Part shown: positions 43,379 through 55,461 of the stretch, piece after piece | Layout of the letters: every line of letters starts with the position of its first letter | Position numbering within the stretch: the first letter of the stretch is position 1 | Assembly: GCA_013115125.1 (NCBI GenBank) | Contig: JABANN010000172.1 | Span: forward strand, 1 to 57,787 | Direction: 5' to 3' | Length of the DNA: 57,787 nt | From: Perkinsus olseni | Taxonomy: Eukaryota | The notes under the pieces: generated by a model | Databases searched by the model: none | What the model saw: only the letters and a program-made list of their open reading frames with translations | Told to the model about the DNA's origin: nothing | Translations under genes and position numbers: made by a program

Positions 43379-44993
43379 TTATACATTCTCGGGGCCGGAG
43401 CTAGCTCCATGGTAGTGATCTTCCAAGTCCAATCGGCACAGTGGACACGTCGTGGCTGTGTTGAGCCAGTGGGCAAGGCAACTCTTGTGGAAGTAGTGGT
43501 CGCATGGGGTGTCTGAGGGGCGCAGGTAACAGAGAGCGGATCCAGATGGACTTTTTACGCTTAATCTCGTCAGTGGAATCAGAGTAATTCTGAAAGCATA
43601 TAGAGCACTCGTTAAGGGGATGAGTACCATCGGCCGAATTCTGATCGTCGGTGAAGAGATTGGCATCGTACCTGATGGTGATAAGTCAAGCATCGAGGCA
43701 GCTACGGAAGAACCCCTAAAAGTCGAGGGAAAAGCAACACGCAACTTACGAAAGAGTCGGGATCTTGTCGATGACATCAGGCGATGCTCCCCTCTTCGCA
43801 CGCAGGCGGCCTGTCCGTACCTCAGATCAATACACAGATACGACAAGACAGGGTCAATGACGGTGATAGACAGCAAGTATATTGTCTTACCATCCAGAGG
43901 AGTATGGTGGCCCCGAAGAGAGCTATGAGACCGAATCCACACCATATCGTTAGCCCCACCCCGATGAACCAAGCTGAACAGGTGTACCTGCCCGCATTGA
44001 GAGTATGGCCACAGACGAGCCCAGCGGCAACACCTACAGCGAGGAGTTGGTGGCCGAGCAGGTGTGAGAGGTGGCAATGAGAGTCTGGCCGTAGATCAAC
44101 CATGCTGGGAAGAAGAGGTTCAAGAAGCTCTTCAGCAGCGCTAGTTTCACTGGGTTGTCATTGACTAAAGGAAAGGACCAATGAACCCCAGGTCGCCATC
44201 GCCATGAACCAGAGGCCCCCTCTCACCATGGAGTTGCCAGTCCTGACCGTAGGCCAACCTCAAGTAGACGGTCTCTACCATACGCTGAACTACTCCTCGG
44301 AACAACGAGGTGAGCATGTAGACCTCCAACCACATCATGAGGGGGACATCACAGCCCAACTGCAAGGGGGAGATGAGTTCTGCTTGATCCCGCTCCGACC
44401 CACCTTCCTGTCGTTGGTTAGGACGATCCAGATAGCCCAGGCCCACAGGTAGAGGTACATCGCATATACGACAACAAGGATGAAGAGCGATATCTGAGAG
44501 GGGAGGTCACGGCTGCAGGGCCGGGACGAGGGAGACCTACCGTGACCAAAACTGTGAAGGAGGTCGCCACAGCCTCTGCGAGATTGCCGCGCACTAACAG
44601 CTCTCTCTCCCTCCTGAGAGAAGCATCAGTGAGAACATGGAGGAGGCAGGGAGCTGGATACTCACCGGGTCATACGGTTGGGGTCAGTGACCTGCTCCGG
44701 TCCCATCAACGCTGAACCTTCTGGCGACGAGCCTGGTGTCTGCGCGGCACAGAGTTGACAGACGATACCGACTTCCCAGTCACACTCACCGCGTTACGAG
44801 TCTCCCGCCCAGAGCCTGCCGATGCTGCTGCTGCCGTATGGACGCCTCCCGCCTGGCCCCCGATGATGTGAGAGAACGTCCGCAAGATAGCCACTGGAGG
44901 GTTGCGATGGCGATCGCCTGCCGCTTGCCCGCCTAGGAGGGCATCCGAGGACTGAGCATGGTTCGAAGGCCCTCGGCCTTCGCTGTCCGACAT
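43379..44993 (-). CDS. multi-pass membrane RING-H2 E3 ubiquitin ligase, multi-exon
   Basis: TM segments, CDVPLMMWL, CSICLSPYGD...PCDHYFHKSCLAHWLNTATTCPLCR. Confidence 0.8.
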
Positions 44994-45226
44994 ACTCGCG
45001 CAAAACTGACATCACCAAAAACAAGCTTTCCGTTATCATACCACTCTGAGGTAGAGCTCGGCGGTCGATAGGGTCTTCCCTCACTGACCAGCGGCTTCGA
45101 AAGCAAACCAAAGTCCGAAGCCTTCTATGGAGACTGACGGTCCGTCAGTGACGGATACCATCAGCAATGGTATACCACAACCTGACCTAATCCGACAGGA
45201 AGAGGCCCAACGCAGAGCACATCTCC

Positions 45227-46825
45227 TCAAGAAACGCTGCTTGCAGGAATAGCCCGCACATACGCGGCAAACTCGCCGACTCGCGAGTAACGGTCATCAC
45301 CACCGTACCTCCGCAGGACCTCCTCAACTCCCTCTCGCCATAACGCAGGGTCGGAGCTCTCACGCACCACCTCGATACACTGCTCCAGCGAGGGTGACGG
45401 CCCGAACCGGCAGAACGAAATTAGTAGCCGCAGGACGATGTCCTCCAGGTAGAATTCCACTCTGACTCCCTCGCACGGCCGCAGCAGCTTCAGTAGGGAC
45501 CTCCAGCTTAGGTCAGACTCCTCCCGATCAGCGGAGCCCTCGATTCGTGCCAAGCACAACGCCACCCAACGACCCAGATGAGCGCCTCGAGAGTCCCTGT
45601 CCGCAGTCATCAACGCCTCCAGGTCAACGCAGGTGGAATCGATGATGCCTGGACGAGCTAACGCAGTGTACTGCAGCAGACGGCTTATGGTGGACTCTCG
45701 CGATGCAGGCAGCCGTACTGCCAGGGAGGTGAGACCTGAATAGTAGGAAATGTAGCTTATGCTATGCAACAAAAAGATCTTAAGCGTACTGTAACCTATC
45801 TGGAAAATATTAGACCGGATATTAAAGCATGATGTTAATTCGCTGATCAATAAGATGCAATGACATATAGTCCCTTTCACAAGATCATCCCACATCATCG
45901 CTTCTCCTACAATTTCTCCCAGACGGTCGTGAGTCAGAGCTCAAAGCACTATGAAGAAAAGCGGACACGAAAATCAATGGAATTGAGTGAAGGAACCGAG
46001 TCGGAGGGGGTCCAGGCGCGTACATCGACAGTAGCTCCTCGCTTGCTCCACCTGCAGGACACTCGGGGAATCACCCGTTATCAACGGACTGCTACGATTA
46101 CGGAGGGCGTCTACCAATGGCACCTGGAGGGGGACCGGCAAGAACTCCTCCGCAAGACGAAGAACTGCCGAGTGATGAGCATCGACTCCAGGGTTTGCCT
46201 TGACGAGTGTTCCATTGGGAACTAGCCCCCTGATCTATTTCGACGAAGCACGCTGATTGGTAGGAAAATTCCTGTTCTATACGATGGCCGCTAGTGAGTT
46301 CAGCGTAGACGGTAGATGTGGGAATCCCAACCCCACCTGAAAGCGCTCCAGCTCAGCCCGTAGAGCCAGCTGGAGCAGCCTCTCCATGCTTCGGAAGGCA
46401 TCGTATCTGAATACACCGTGATGGCTGGGAATGGGCCGACTGAGGAGCAGTCCCTTACTTCACAGCCTCTCCCACTTCATCCATCAATGAGGGGTTCGTC
46501 AACGTCTTCAATAACGGGGGCAGGAGGTACTAAGATAGAGGCATCTGATAAGGTCCCGGGTTCGAATCCCACTGCCTACACCAACATTTCCCATCAGAGG
46601 CCTGTGATCATCACCAACCTCTCGAAGAATGCGTCCAACTCCAACACTCTGTATCCTATGATCCTCCTCTCGCCGTAACTTCACACACACCCTCTCGACC
46701 AGGTCCGCATCAATGGCATCCTCCCCATCGCTGCGTCGACGTTCGAGTATCTTCACGACGGAGCGAGGCGGCTGAAGGCCACTAAGGAGCTCCCCGGCCC
46801 GTGCGTCGGCGTCTTGAATAGCCAT
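45227..46825 (-). CDS. hypothetical helical-repeat (HEAT/ARM-like, weakly TTI2-like) protein, multi-exon
   Basis: MAIQDADAR.. exon spliced via intron 46530-46579 to YLLPPLLKTL; last exon HLGRWVALCLARIE..SLLKLL..EDIVLRLL. Family call tentative. Confidence 0.5.
46550..46571 (+). repeat. tRNA T-arm (B-box)-like 22-mer in intron 46530-46579
   Basis: AAGGTCCCGGGTTCGAATCCCA flanked by inverted AGGCA/TGCCT. Confidence 0.75.
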
Positions 46826-47387
46826 CGGCGACCAAAACTACCGTAGGAGCGGGGGTGATGCAGGAATGGAGTAACCTAACGGAATTGCGATATGAAAATA
46901 TCATCAACAGAATCCTGGCTAGTTTTCCTATTCTATTTTCCTTTCAATCGATTTCCTGTCAATATCTCACCCTCATCTCGTGTCCCGAGCCGACGTTCAG
47001 AGAAATTCCGTAGTCCACTCAGCATTGGCAGGAATAAGACTCCGGCCCAAACGGGCTGCCCAGCATAAAAATCCGACAGAAATACGAGCCGAGCCCCCCT
47101 GGCTCAACGTGATCAGAGGAGATCCCTCCACCTTCCGACGTGATTGGCAGTCCATAGAAACGCAAGACGCAAAGACACTTCTTTTTTGACATCGCGCAAG
47201 TAGCAGGAGGAGAGCCAGAGTCCCCCCTACCGTGAAAATGATGCAAATATTGTTAGACAAATGTAATGACCATCGTCGTCATCGGGGGAAACCGCCACAA
47301 CTCTACCGTATAACATAATCAGGAGAGAAGGCAAAATGTATAGGAGTTCAAACAATCGATCAGCAGGGCGCGCGCGTAGGCTTCCAG

Positions 47388-50300
47388 TCAGTTAAATGCC
47401 AGATGGGCGACCTGCTCCGCTATGGCCTTCACTAAAGGTTGCCCGAGGACATCATCGCAGTTGGGTCTCCGGCGTGGATCAGGCTGAGGGGGAGGTGTTG
47501 ATAAGAAGCAGAAGAGAGTTCACGAATATCCGGCGATTGAAAGAGCTGCTCCACCGAGTATTGAAATTGGTTGATAGATGATTTCCTCGATGAGGGCGAG
47601 AGCCCTTCCATTGCCCTAGCAACACGAGTTTGGCGACGATGACCCCTTTCCGAGCAGTAAGCAAGTGTAACCTACCTGTGTCAGAGCCTGAATCATCATA
47701 GGCAGGTCACCCCTCGGCGCATGATTCGGTGGACCGGTTAATGCCGTATGCTGAGGAGGAGACGGGCAATATCATCGTACACACCCTAGATGATACACGG
47801 TAGCGCAGCTACAGGCTAGGTCCTATCACGGCACGCTCGTTCGTGAGCGGACCACATCACCCGAATTCTACAGCGACCTATGAGGGGCCTCGGAGCCTCC
47901 ATAAGCGAGAGTTGCGATACCCTCCCTTACACAGTCCCTTATTAAAGCAGCACACTTCTGAGGGTCGCTGTCGTATATTGGGACCTGGGTTAAAAAGAAC
48001 AACGTCGGTGGTAATAGTTATACGACCGAACACAGAGCGTCGTTGAAAGAGAAAGAAGGGCCTGGGACGAGGAGGGCCTCCTCAGGAGGCTTCGGACTCG
48101 GCTATGACGCCAAGCTGACTCCGCTGCTTCCCACCCTACCTGGTTGTAGCACATAGCGTAGAGTACTATCCCAAGGGACCACATGTCGCAGCGTTCGTCA
48201 TAGGCTACATTATCAGGATTGAGGAAGGCTGTGCGCAGGACTTCAGGTGCTGTGAACTCTACTGTACCTTAGCCATCCCCAGGCAGGTGGACGCGACACC
48301 AGCTACCCGCCTTCCGTACCGGTGAATCCAGTATGGGACTCAGACGTCCCTCCAGCAGCCAGTTCGGCAGTACCGAAGTCACTAACCATGGCACGGAGCC
48401 CCTTCCGACCACCGCCCAGGGAGTAGTGAGAACCATCCATGCGAGCCATACGGTCAGGGTCCGAGGTGAGCAGGATATTAGTTGGCTTTATGTCCCGATG
48501 TAGCACTCCTACGAAGAAGGACAACGTCTACCCCCAAGTGCTCTCCCGAGCAATCGGCCGAAGATGTATCGGTCGGGACCCACCTAGATGGTGTAAGTGC
48601 TGCAGGCCCCTCGCTATGTCGATAAACCACTGCCATATCTGCCCGTCCGACAACCGCCGAGGGTCGCTGTACTCCCCCCTTGAAGCCGAGCCCTCCCCCT
48701 CCTGCTGCTGGCCGCTGGTGTCCTCATGCCCGCTCTCCAATCTAAGCAAGCTCCGTCGTCTCCGTCGTATCGCCTCGACCGTGGGGAAAGGTTCATCCGG
48801 CGACCTAGGAGGGACCATCATGGTCGCATGAAGCGAAGCAGATGCTCGCAGAGAGTAGTACCCGAATATCCTGTCCGCCAAGGACCCACCATCACAGAAG
48901 GACATGAGTATGAAAAGATGTGGTACGTAGGGACAGAACTCATTGGAGCGATGAAGCTCCAACCTAGGCGACCCCAGTATGAACAGGAAGTAGCGGTGGT
49001 GCACTCACCAACTGTGTTTATACGACACTATATTAGGATGAGCAGCTATCCTCTCTAGGGTCTTCACCTGCATCGAGGGACAGTAACACACTACCATAAC
49101 ATCTGACCCAACTTAGAAATTTTCGAGCACCGTCAACGCCAGCCGTCGCGGTTGTTGGGTCATTGCCACTAGTGAGTTGCGGTCGCTGGAACTGACAGCT
49201 CACCTCTCGCACCATCTTCCTGAGCCAAATTCTGTTGTCGCCCACGGGCACCTTCTTTACAGCGTAATCACCAAGCATAACCTGGCAACGGAGGGCCTCA
49301 GAATGAGGAGGGCCATCTGAACTCTTACGCCATCGATGACATGCTCACAGTGATACACCGTCCCGAATGATCCTGAGCCAAGCCGCTGGGGCGACTCCTG
49401 AAACAGAGTCAGTTGACTTATATCGTGTCTTGCAAGGTCAACCTAAAGATTCTCCTCCTCACCTTGAAGAATCTCTCATAGTATCCATTGTTGAGCATGC
49501 CCACAGGGATGTCCTTCAGTTCCGACTCCGCTCGAACGAAGGGGTTGTTGGAGCCAGATGACGAGGAGGAGCCGCCGCTACCCGCTCTACCGAACCTCCC
49601 ACTAGCCCGCCGTAACGGGACCCCGTCCTCTTCCGATCTCGCAAACCCTCGGGAGTCAACCTGAGAATGGTTCCCCGTGTAAGACCGATCCACGAAGCCG
49701 CACCAGCTGGTCGACAAAAACTCCTATGACGTCCTACAATGACCACACAGGCAGTGCCTCAGGCAGGGAGGAACAATGCTGCGAAGAGGAGGAGGAAACT
49801 GCTTAACCTACAGTACTCCAATGGCAATGCATGACGGAGAGAGCGGCGGCGGCAAGGCTGTTGATACCCCTCCCGGTTGAGTACCATGGTCATATGACGA
49901 TGACGTCTATTCCGTTTGTTGGGGAGATGCTGTTCCCCTCCTTGTCCTCCCTCCTCCTCCTCCTCCCCTCCCATAGTGCTATCATCAGGCTCATCCGAGG
50001 AGGAATACTCAGCTGCGGGCTGCGAGGACTTCACGGCACGGTAAAGATACTGCAACATCTTGAAGTAGTTCTGAACTACATACCTAGCAGAAAGATACGC
50101 TCTTTGTATGAAGAACCACGATGAACCTCAGATTCCTTCATATGTGTCCAGGAAGACATTCCAACGCCCCTCCCGGCGGCTCCTCGCGAAGCCAGACACC
50201 CGAACTTTTCTAGACCAACAGCAGCCTCCCCCGCGGTGCCTACTGGGATTGTGTATGAGCTATACGTTGGTTGCAGAGGGGACAATGGCCAGCTATATTG

Positions 50301-50594
50301 CTCATCATCGCTCCGCTCAAGTTCGGCGAGGAACATGGAGAAAAACTGCGATCTCTGGGACCCAGCTCGGCGTCGTCTTCAACTCCTTCCTCTTCAGTCG
50401 AAGGGAAGCCATTAGGAAGGGACCTGCCATCCTGATGGTCGGCTCCTCCAACACCGTAGTTACCTCGACACAAGCTGCTTCGAAGCCATGTCGTACAAAA
50501 CGATGGCTTCCTTATCATCAGCACCAGCAGCCCCTTCTGTCAGCGCCGCTGGCCGTGCCTGGGCTGACGATTCATGTGGAGTAACATCAGGCAT
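47388..50594 (-). CDS. IKS1-like Ser/Thr protein kinase, many introns
   Basis: AIVLYDMASKQL, NYFKML, NNGYYERFFK, LGSGSFGTVY, LGDYAVKKVPVGDNRIWLRKMVRE, HPNIVSYKHSW, PYVPHLFILM, LHRDIKPTNILL, SDFG, CDMWSLG, PDPRRRP. Stop at 47388. Confidence 0.85.
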
Positions 50595-50966
50595 CGCCAC
50601 CAGGTGCTGTAGGAGGCGGGCAGGAGCCTCTGTCGCCTGAAGAAAGCGTGCAAGCTCGACCTCTCCATAGTGACCCAAAGATACCCCGCAGTACCTCGTC
50701 ACTATTCCCAGTCGACGACGATGCCCCCTGCAGCTTGCTCATCAAAAAGCTTGCGCAATCCGTTATGATTGAGGATAAACGCCTCTACAAAAGGCTTACA
50801 CTGAAGCAGCAGCGGGGATATCCTCAGTCCACCAAGCTCCACTTGAGGATCGAGAGGCTAATGGACCGCCGCCTGACTTGGTCAGCTCGGCCCTCCTAGT
50901 TCCAGAAACGATGGCACTACGTTACTCCAACTCAACACAGGCAGCTTCGGTATCATAACTAAATAT

Positions 50967-51992
50967 TCATGTGAATTTGAGGTGTTTGCTTTTCACCCAC
51001 TCAGTGGTGTCATCCGCATAACGGACCTGACAGAGTCCGCCATGCCACCCGCCGCCCCACAGGCCCCGACGACCTACCAATAGTTCATACTCCTCCTTGT
51101 GCCCCCTGTCGCCCATCACTATACACGGGAAGCTGCCGCCATCACCCAAGATCCGTACCGCCTTCAGTGGCTTCAACCCGCGGCTCTTCTTTAGTATAGT
51201 AGACGCTGTAGCATCAACCTCCTCATCAGCTCGATCATCAGAACTATGTTGTTTAACGGTTGCACTCTTCCCTCCTTGCCTCCCGAAATTCGGCAGGAGC
51301 TCTTCGGAACTGTCCATTCGCTGCCGTAGGAGATCCGCGAAGGCCGGGGGCGGAGTAGTGGGTTCCTCTGCCACCTTTGAAGGAGTCTGGGAGACCGTGG
51401 CAGGTCTGAAGGTGATCTCTCCATCAAGCGTTCTGGATTGACGATAAGCCCTAGCCGCCCTCTCCCATTCGTTCTCCCCCTCGACCACCGGGAGCTTGCC
51501 GCTGCTCTCAGCTTCGCTCCGCCCGTGATCCGAATTTCCTCCTTCCTTCGTATCACCCACAGAAGCCTGTACCGCCTTGTCGTCTATAGTCTGCCTTGGC
51601 CGCCTCTCCCATGACTCGGTCGAATCGAGTACTCTGTAGTGAGAGCTGAGATCCTCTCGGGAGGCCCCTGGCACTGTTGATGTTGTTGATAAAGAATCCA
51701 TGCTGGAACCGCTGCTGACAGATGGTCTGCCATATACTCCACTTCGATAACGATGGATCTCCCTCGTGGGATTAGAACCAGAGACCTCTCGATATGCCCC
51801 AGGGTCGAAAGCCCTACACCCACTATAGTACATTTCTGCCTGCAAACCCCGCCGCTCCCTATGCTCCATATCTCGCATGCCTCGATCCAGATAGTACAAC
51901 TGCCTCTGCAACAAGGCCATCTTGCCCTCCCACCCCTTGGGCTCTAGTCTTGGAAAACCGTCGCCAACCATCAGACGCCTTTGATGAAGCAT
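50967..51992 (-). CDS. hypothetical protein, N-terminal coiled coil, C-terminal small beta-barrel-like segment (CQVRYADDTTEWVKSKHL)
   Basis: 341 aa ORF; may contain in-frame introns. Confidence 0.55.
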   Translation of the reverse strand: MLHQRRLMVGDGFPRLEPKGWEGKMALLQRQLYYLDRGMRDMEHRERRGLQAEMYYSGCRAFDPGAYREVSGSNPTREIHRYRSGVYGRPSVSSGSSMDSLSTTSTVPGASREDLSSHYRVLDSTESWERRPRQTIDDKAVQASVGDTKEGGNSDHGRSEAESSGKLPVVEGENEWERAARAYRQSRTLDGEITFRPATVSQTPSKVAEEPTTPPPAFADLLRQRMDSSEELLPNFGRQGGKSATVKQHSSDDRADEEVDATASTILKKSRGLKPLKAVRILGDGGSFPCIVMGDRGHKEEYELLVGRRGLWGGGWHGGLCQVRYADDTTEWVKSKHLKFT

Positions 51993-52340
51993 CGGAAAAA
52001 GTGATAAAAATCTGATCTTTCCAGCTCAACAGAGCGATGGGCCTCATCGAAGGCATAGCACGGGCTCCCACTAACCCCTCCTCAGAGACACCCTAGTGAT
52101 GGGGCCCTCCCCGGCCACCTTAATTCCGAACCAGACTCCTTGGTAATATCACAACATAGCTGTTCAACTGCAGGCAAATGTAGAGTACTCGACAAACGGA
52201 AGAATGATAGTATTATTTACAATGCTACTACTACTGCCGTCAATGATATCCCTAGGCCTCCTTGACACTCTCTCTGAGGCCCAGTCGAGTAGCATACCAT
52301 AAATTCGTCAAATCTATCAGAACCGTCCAGAAATCATATA

Positions 52341-54053
52341 TTACGTTCGAAGGCCGGAGGGCATCAACTCTTCCTCCTTCTTCTCTGCATCTTCTTTGAG
52401 TCTCTTAAAGTACCTCTCATTCTCCCTCATTTGATCTCTCCGACCGCCGAGATCCTCCCAGATCGCTGCCATGGCATTCCACAACGGAGCTGCCACAAAG
52501 CTGATGAACCCCAGTTGCAACTTCGCGAACTCGAGCTCGTCGTCAGGCCGATGGTCCATGAAGGGTGCATAGGGGAGTCCCTGGGCCTTCTCCGTCTCCG
52601 CCTGATGGTGGAACTCCATCATGACCCTATAGGACCAACTCCTATACAGCTTGGTAGGCAGTACAGGGTTGCTGATGTCCGCTGCATGCACCAGACACTT
52701 GTGCACCAACACCCGATTCTCAGCGGAATCGTAGTCAATGTCACCGAGGGAGGCGCCGAGTTCCTGCAGCTTGGTAGTGAGGTCAAAGTGGACCTTCATA
52801 TCCGTGGCCAGAATGGCGTTGATGGCCGTCTTTCGGAACTCCACGAACTGCTCATCACTCCAGTCACGAAGGAAGTTATTGCCATCGTCAAGGAGGATCT
52901 CGAAGGTCTTCGCGGCGTGCATGTTCTCTAGAACGGCCATATCGTTATACCGAATCGCCAGCGTATGTCGGCTCTTGATGTAGTAGTCGTTGTTGAAGCC
53001 TTGATGGCCTACATCATGCGTGAGGGCGCCCACAAGGAGGGCAATCTCATCGATAGGGGAACAGAAAACGTCGGCTCCCGAGACCCGCAGCATCCGACCC
53101 ACCGCAGCCAGGACGGAGTAAGCGTGGTTGAAGTTATGGTAGGGGTTCGAGGAGTTGTAGTTGGAAAGAACAGACAGCAGGAAACTTTGCATTTTGGAAA
53201 ACTCGATGGCGTTCTCGCCAGAGAGAGCCTCGTTGAAGCAACCCCAGACGTGGAACAAGTTAAAGGCGTTCTTGGCCAGCTCCTTCTCGGAGCGTGATAG
53301 CCAGTCCATCTGCCAAGACGTGAGCTCCTCCAAAGATTTGCTGCAGACCTCTGTAGGATACGGAAAACCTTCGCTGTGCGCAAGCGGACTCCTACTAAAC
53401 ATATCATTAATACTGAGAATACTGTGGTCAGTGCTGATTCGGCTCCTAGCCGAAGGTGCGCTGCTCGGCGTCAGACTGGGCCGCCTCGACACCCTTCCCG
53501 GATCCTCCATCCACTCCATAACGAAACTGTTAATAGACGTTGGCTCCTTTTCCAGCTGCAAACTCACTCTGGCCATCACCATTTTCTTGAGGGCAGCATT
53601 AGAGAAATCATGAGCCAGAGAGTTGAGGTTCGGACTGGACGTTCCGTGGTGGCCGTTCTTGACACGTTCAGGCGTGGTGGTGGTCGGAGCCTGGCCCTCC
53701 TGCAGACTACCAGTCGATGCTCGTCGGGCCGCGTTGCGTTTAACGGCAGCAGTTTCCCCCACACACTTGAACCACTCCTGAATGTAAGTGCACATAAAGA
53801 GGGTAGGGTTGTCGGGCATTCGGCTTCCCAGCTCGACCATGAGCTCAGTCAGAAGATTCTCCAAATCATGCTTGTTGAAGTAATCCTGTATTCTCGCAAC
53901 CTGGAGGCCCTCCTCGGTCCCTATCGGCAGAGGCGATACCCGTATATCAACCGCTGGTTCAAGAAGGGACGAGTTGCCGCTTCCAAGGTTCACCCTTGCC
54001 GACATCCGAGGGACGAACCAAACTGGAAGAATATCATAAGTTACAGCGGTCAT
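52341..54053 (-). CDS. class I 3',5'-cyclic nucleotide phosphodiesterase with putative N-terminal RIIa/DPY-30-like domain; intronless
   Basis: NPYHNFNHA, HDVGHQGFNNDY, YNDMAVLENMHA, ILATDM, HAADISNP, EFHHQAETEK, QLGFISFV. Confidence 0.93.
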   Translation of the reverse strand: MTAVTYDILPVWFVPRMSARVNLGSGNSSLLEPAVDIRVSPLPIGTEEGLQVARIQDYFNKHDLENLLTELMVELGSRMPDNPTLFMCTYIQEWFKCVGETAAVKRNAARRASTGSLQEGQAPTTTTPERVKNGHHGTSSPNLNSLAHDFSNAALKKMVMARVSLQLEKEPTSINSFVMEWMEDPGRVSRRPSLTPSSAPSARSRISTDHSILSINDMFSRSPLAHSEGFPYPTEVCSKSLEELTSWQMDWLSRSEKELAKNAFNLFHVWGCFNEALSGENAIEFSKMQSFLLSVLSNYNSSNPYHNFNHAYSVLAAVGRMLRVSGADVFCSPIDEIALLVGALTHDVGHQGFNNDYYIKSRHTLAIRYNDMAVLENMHAAKTFEILLDDGNNFLRDWSDEQFVEFRKTAINAILATDMKVHFDLTTKLQELGASLGDIDYDSAENRVLVHKCLVHAADISNPVLPTKLYRSWSYRVMMEFHHQAETEKAQGLPYAPFMDHRPDDELEFAKLQLGFISFVAAPLWNAMAAIWEDLGGRRDQMRENERYFKRLKEDAEKKEEELMPSGLRT

Positions 54054-54849
54054 GCAACGACCTCATTCCCGATCCTCCGGCAAAGCAGCGATGAGCCAGT
54101 CTAGCCAGTACGGCGCAAAGTCCCGTGGTGGTTTTTTAGCGGAAACGGAATTATCCTCTTCTGGCATGTAGCTCACAAGTCACGAGTGAAACGTTTTACG
54201 ACAGCCTTACCCTGCCAAACAGACAGCGGCCTCGAGCACAGGCCAACAAACTGCAGGTAGTATAGACACGCTTGCCTACTACCGTGTGCAGCCCAGAAGG
54301 TTCCATCATGAGCTACAATGAGAGGCGAGTCGTGGCGAGTCTACTCCTTTTGTCACCACCACCACCACCACAATCATCACTGTCTTTTCTTGCAAATGCA
54401 TGAAATGTTCTTCGACGCCCCGGCGGAATTGAGCAATGATGAAGCTATTGGCTTGTTCAATCTCCATGTCTAGCGTGCCACTCGAAGGAATAGAGCGCTA
54501 TGGTCAGCAGCTGGAGAGAGGGTCAGAGACTACTAGACTAGGGCGAATTGGGAACGAGGGGGCGTTCAATAAATCAACTCTGAAATTCGGAATTGTTTCT
54601 TAACTTGACGTTTACACGCAAAAAACGGGGTTGCCAGAATCATTTCTGAATTCCGCAGCTAGTTTATTGAGCGAGGCGTGAGTTAGACAGAGCTTTATAC
54701 CCGTCCAACGAGTTGCGCCACCAGAGCGGGAATGGCCACCAAGGCTTTCTATGTATCGCCTGTTGAAGCCCTTAGACTTAGTATTCTCACGATAGCGCCT
54801 CATCTATTAGTATTCTCTTGTCAGTGTGCTAGCCTGAGCATCTTTCCCA

Positions 54850-55461
54850 ATGCCTTTCACCGATTCCAACGTGTTGGTCCTGAACAAGAAGGATCGTTTC
54901 ATCTGGCTAGGCGGTCTGACTCTGTGTGGTGGCTGCTGTGCTCTGGTAGCGGCACTTTCCCTACCTAAATGGACACTACAGGTCCTCATTGCCATCACTG
55001 TTCTCTGGATCATCGTCCCTGTCGGAGTTCTATTTTACCGTCAGAGTCGCCGAGAAGCCGCCGCTGTTGATCTAGAATGGGGCGAAGGCGTCGAAGTAGA
55101 TGCCAAGAAGTTAACTCCACCGTCAGCTGAAGAGATTAGTTCCTTCCTTGACATGGTGAAGAGTGAATCTTCTATGAGCATCTCCACGGTAGACACCAGC
55201 ATCGAGCCAAGATACGAAGATCTTTGCCCGATCTGTTTGGACGAGCACGACATTGGTGACACCCTCTGTACTCTACAGTGTGGTCATGTCTTCCACGAGA
55301 GGTGCATGGACTCCCTTGTGAGCAGGGTTTACGAGACAGCTCGAAGCAGCACTTCAGGAAAGAAGTGCACCAATGAGGTTCTCGGCTCTATCAAGTGCCC
55401 TCTTTGCAGGCAGCCTATGGTGACACAGGGGTGTGCCTTGGTCGCATCAGCTTCCACTTAG
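54850..55461 (+). CDS. two-TM RING-H2 protein (paralogue 1)
   Basis: Two N-terminal hydrophobic helices; CPICLDE..LQCGHVFHERC...CPLCR. Confidence 0.85.
   Translation: MPFTDSNVLVLNKKDRFIWLGGLTLCGGCCALVAALSLPKWTLQVLIAITVLWIIVPVGVLFYRQSRREAAAVDLEWGEGVEVDAKKLTPPSAEEISSFLDMVKSESSMSISTVDTSIEPRYEDLCPICLDEHDIGDTLCTLQCGHVFHERCMDSLVSRVYETARSSTSGKKCTNEVLGSIKCPLCRQPMVTQGCALVASAST

Noticed and set aside
46540-46580. Intact tRNA genes at the GGTTCGAATCCC motifs (also 18286 and 22748)
   Set aside because: No D-arm or anticodon arm, and the T-stem is only partly paired; reported as fragments instead.
54090-54115. CCGTA...CTGGCTCA (minus strand) upstream of the intronless PDE as a relict SL / retrogene mark
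   Set aside because: Spacing and middle bases disagree with the SL; compatible with chance.
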